A stretch of DNA of 63,844 nucleotides, filler included, from Octopus bimaculoides (taxonomy: Eukaryota): the NCBI RefSeq assembly GCF_001194135.2. It is 7 parts of 7 records of this genome, joined end to end, with 100 filler letters (N's around TTAATTAATTAA, not from the genome) between each part and the next. Parts side by side here need not be neighbours in the genome. Positions count along the whole stretch, not along the records: positions 61,801 to 63,844 come from NC_069002.1; 6 more parts are not named here. One strand, written 5' to 3'. Positions 62,348-63,844 of the stretch are shown in pieces. The notes beneath the pieces are model-generated. The model was not told the DNA's origin and ran no database searches. It was given only the letters and a program-made list of their open reading frames with translations. How positions within the stretch are numbered: the first letter of the stretch is position 1; each line of letters starts with the position of its first letter. Made by a program: the position numbers and the translations under genes.

Positions 62348-63844
62348 TGTTTTAATTTATATATATATGTATATATATATATATATCAACGTAAGTTGAA
62401 GTTGAAAATTCTGATGTATCAGCAGATACATTAAAAATCAGTTATTAGACGTCGTCTAAGATTTACCGCCGGCAAATTAGTCATTTCATGCTTCATACAA
62501 ATAGTAGCTGAGAATAAGCGGAAAATAATGAGAAATTTATTTTCATCCTTTGACCCACTAGACGTGCCAATTATATTTCTATTAGAAAAGAGTCTGAGTG
62601 AAATATCCAATGTGATGTGATTCGACTTTCAGTTGGATTTGATTTGGTTTTCGTTTTCAAATTTAACCTAAATAATTCAACCCTAAAATTTTTGTTTCAG
62701 TATAGAAATTCTTGTTCAATTTATGTTATTTTATTTTATTTGTTTCAAATTGTGAAAAGATTCATTTCTTTAATGGTATATGCATAGGGGATTGATCTGA
62801 TCAGAGAATACAAATAATAGTAGTTATCAGAATGATGTTAGAGAAATTAAGGTTAGAGGTCGAAGCCAACAGGAAGAACTGGAAGTCACTGCATAGAAAG
62901 GAGAATCAAAATGTTGTAGATCAAATTAATTGGTGCTACTTCTGAGAGAATGAATGATGGCTTAGTGAATCTTAATAGCAAACGATGAGCCAAGTGGCAT
63001 GTATCATAGTTTGTGTAGCACATATGTAGCACTGGGATGTGTGGGTTTGAGCCACATTACTTTCAAATACCTCAGTCGACATGGCTGTAACTAGATACTC
63101 CAATCTAAGAATATCTGTTCCAGTAGTGAAAGAAATGGTCTATCTACTGAAATGGTCTGATGCCACACGAACAACGGTTAGTTCTGACAAATCTGGTCCA
63201 CAATTCAGAGGTATTACAACCATGATCACCCGTCTCTCATGTCAGATAAAATTACAAAAAACGTCTACTTGCTATTTTTAGGTAGTAAAGTGAGCTCAGT
63301 GTAGCAACCCAAGGTACCAATCTTTCAATTTACTCGAAACAACGCACAATGCCAGCAATTTTAAGGGAAAAGCAAGTCGACTATATCGACGCCAGTGCTC
63401 AACTGATAATTATTTTATTCGTCCCGAAACGATGAAACGTAAAGTCGAAATAAATAGCACGTGTGTTTGAGCTATGCAGGGTTCCTTGAGGGTGCGCTTT
63501 TCACTGAGTGCCTGCTTCTCGTTTCCAGATAGCGTCAAGATGACATGAATTTGTATCGTTATTTTAAATGATAATAAAATAATTATGAATGTGAATATTA
63601 TCATGAGTTTTTCGTCTTTCACTTCTGTTTCCATTTTTTGCCGAATGTCTTCCCGGCACCTCGAGCAGAATAACTGATTGTATACATTGATAGGCCAATA
63701 CAATAAACATATCAGATTCATTAAATACAAGTTTTGTGAAAGAATAAAAAAAGAAGGAATTTCATGGAGTGTAATCGTTCTCATATGCGTATAAACTTAC
63801 ATGTTTATTCCACACAATTACACACACACACACACACACACACA

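Overview
Eukaryotic, microsatellite-dense, transposon-relic-rich scaffold segment with 13 N-gaps. The SINE families and repeat landscape look like an octopus (coleoid cephalopod) genome; that is an inference, not a database result. The only host protein-coding sequence I can support is the first coding exon (minus strand, 3396-3629) of a small heat-shock protein (HSP20/alpha-crystallin, HSPB1-like), with a plausible TATA/Inr promoter. Its remaining exons must lie left of the window. The other ~60 kb upstream contains: three abundant tRNA-headed SINE families; seven R4/Dong-like RLE LINE fragments clustered at (AAT)n tracts; two Tx1/L1-like LINEs; one CR1-like LINE; about six Penelope-like element (PLE) relics; five Tc1/mariner relics; a hAT relic; and MITEs. 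Almost all long ORFs in the track are artefacts of microsatellites or N-gaps. The most notable structures are (i) a PLE 3' end duplicated as an inverted repeat, whose two arms together reconstruct a minimal hammerhead ribozyme (24.7-25.4 kb); (ii) an unclassified ~500-bp repeat in a tandem-plus-inverted arrangement (23.6-24.5 kb, third copy at 61.8-62.3 kb); and (iii) a Tx1-like LINE whose endonuclease block is inverted in place between microhomologies (18.2-18.8 kb). I found no convincing new multi-gene system. Coordinates of degraded repeats are approximate.
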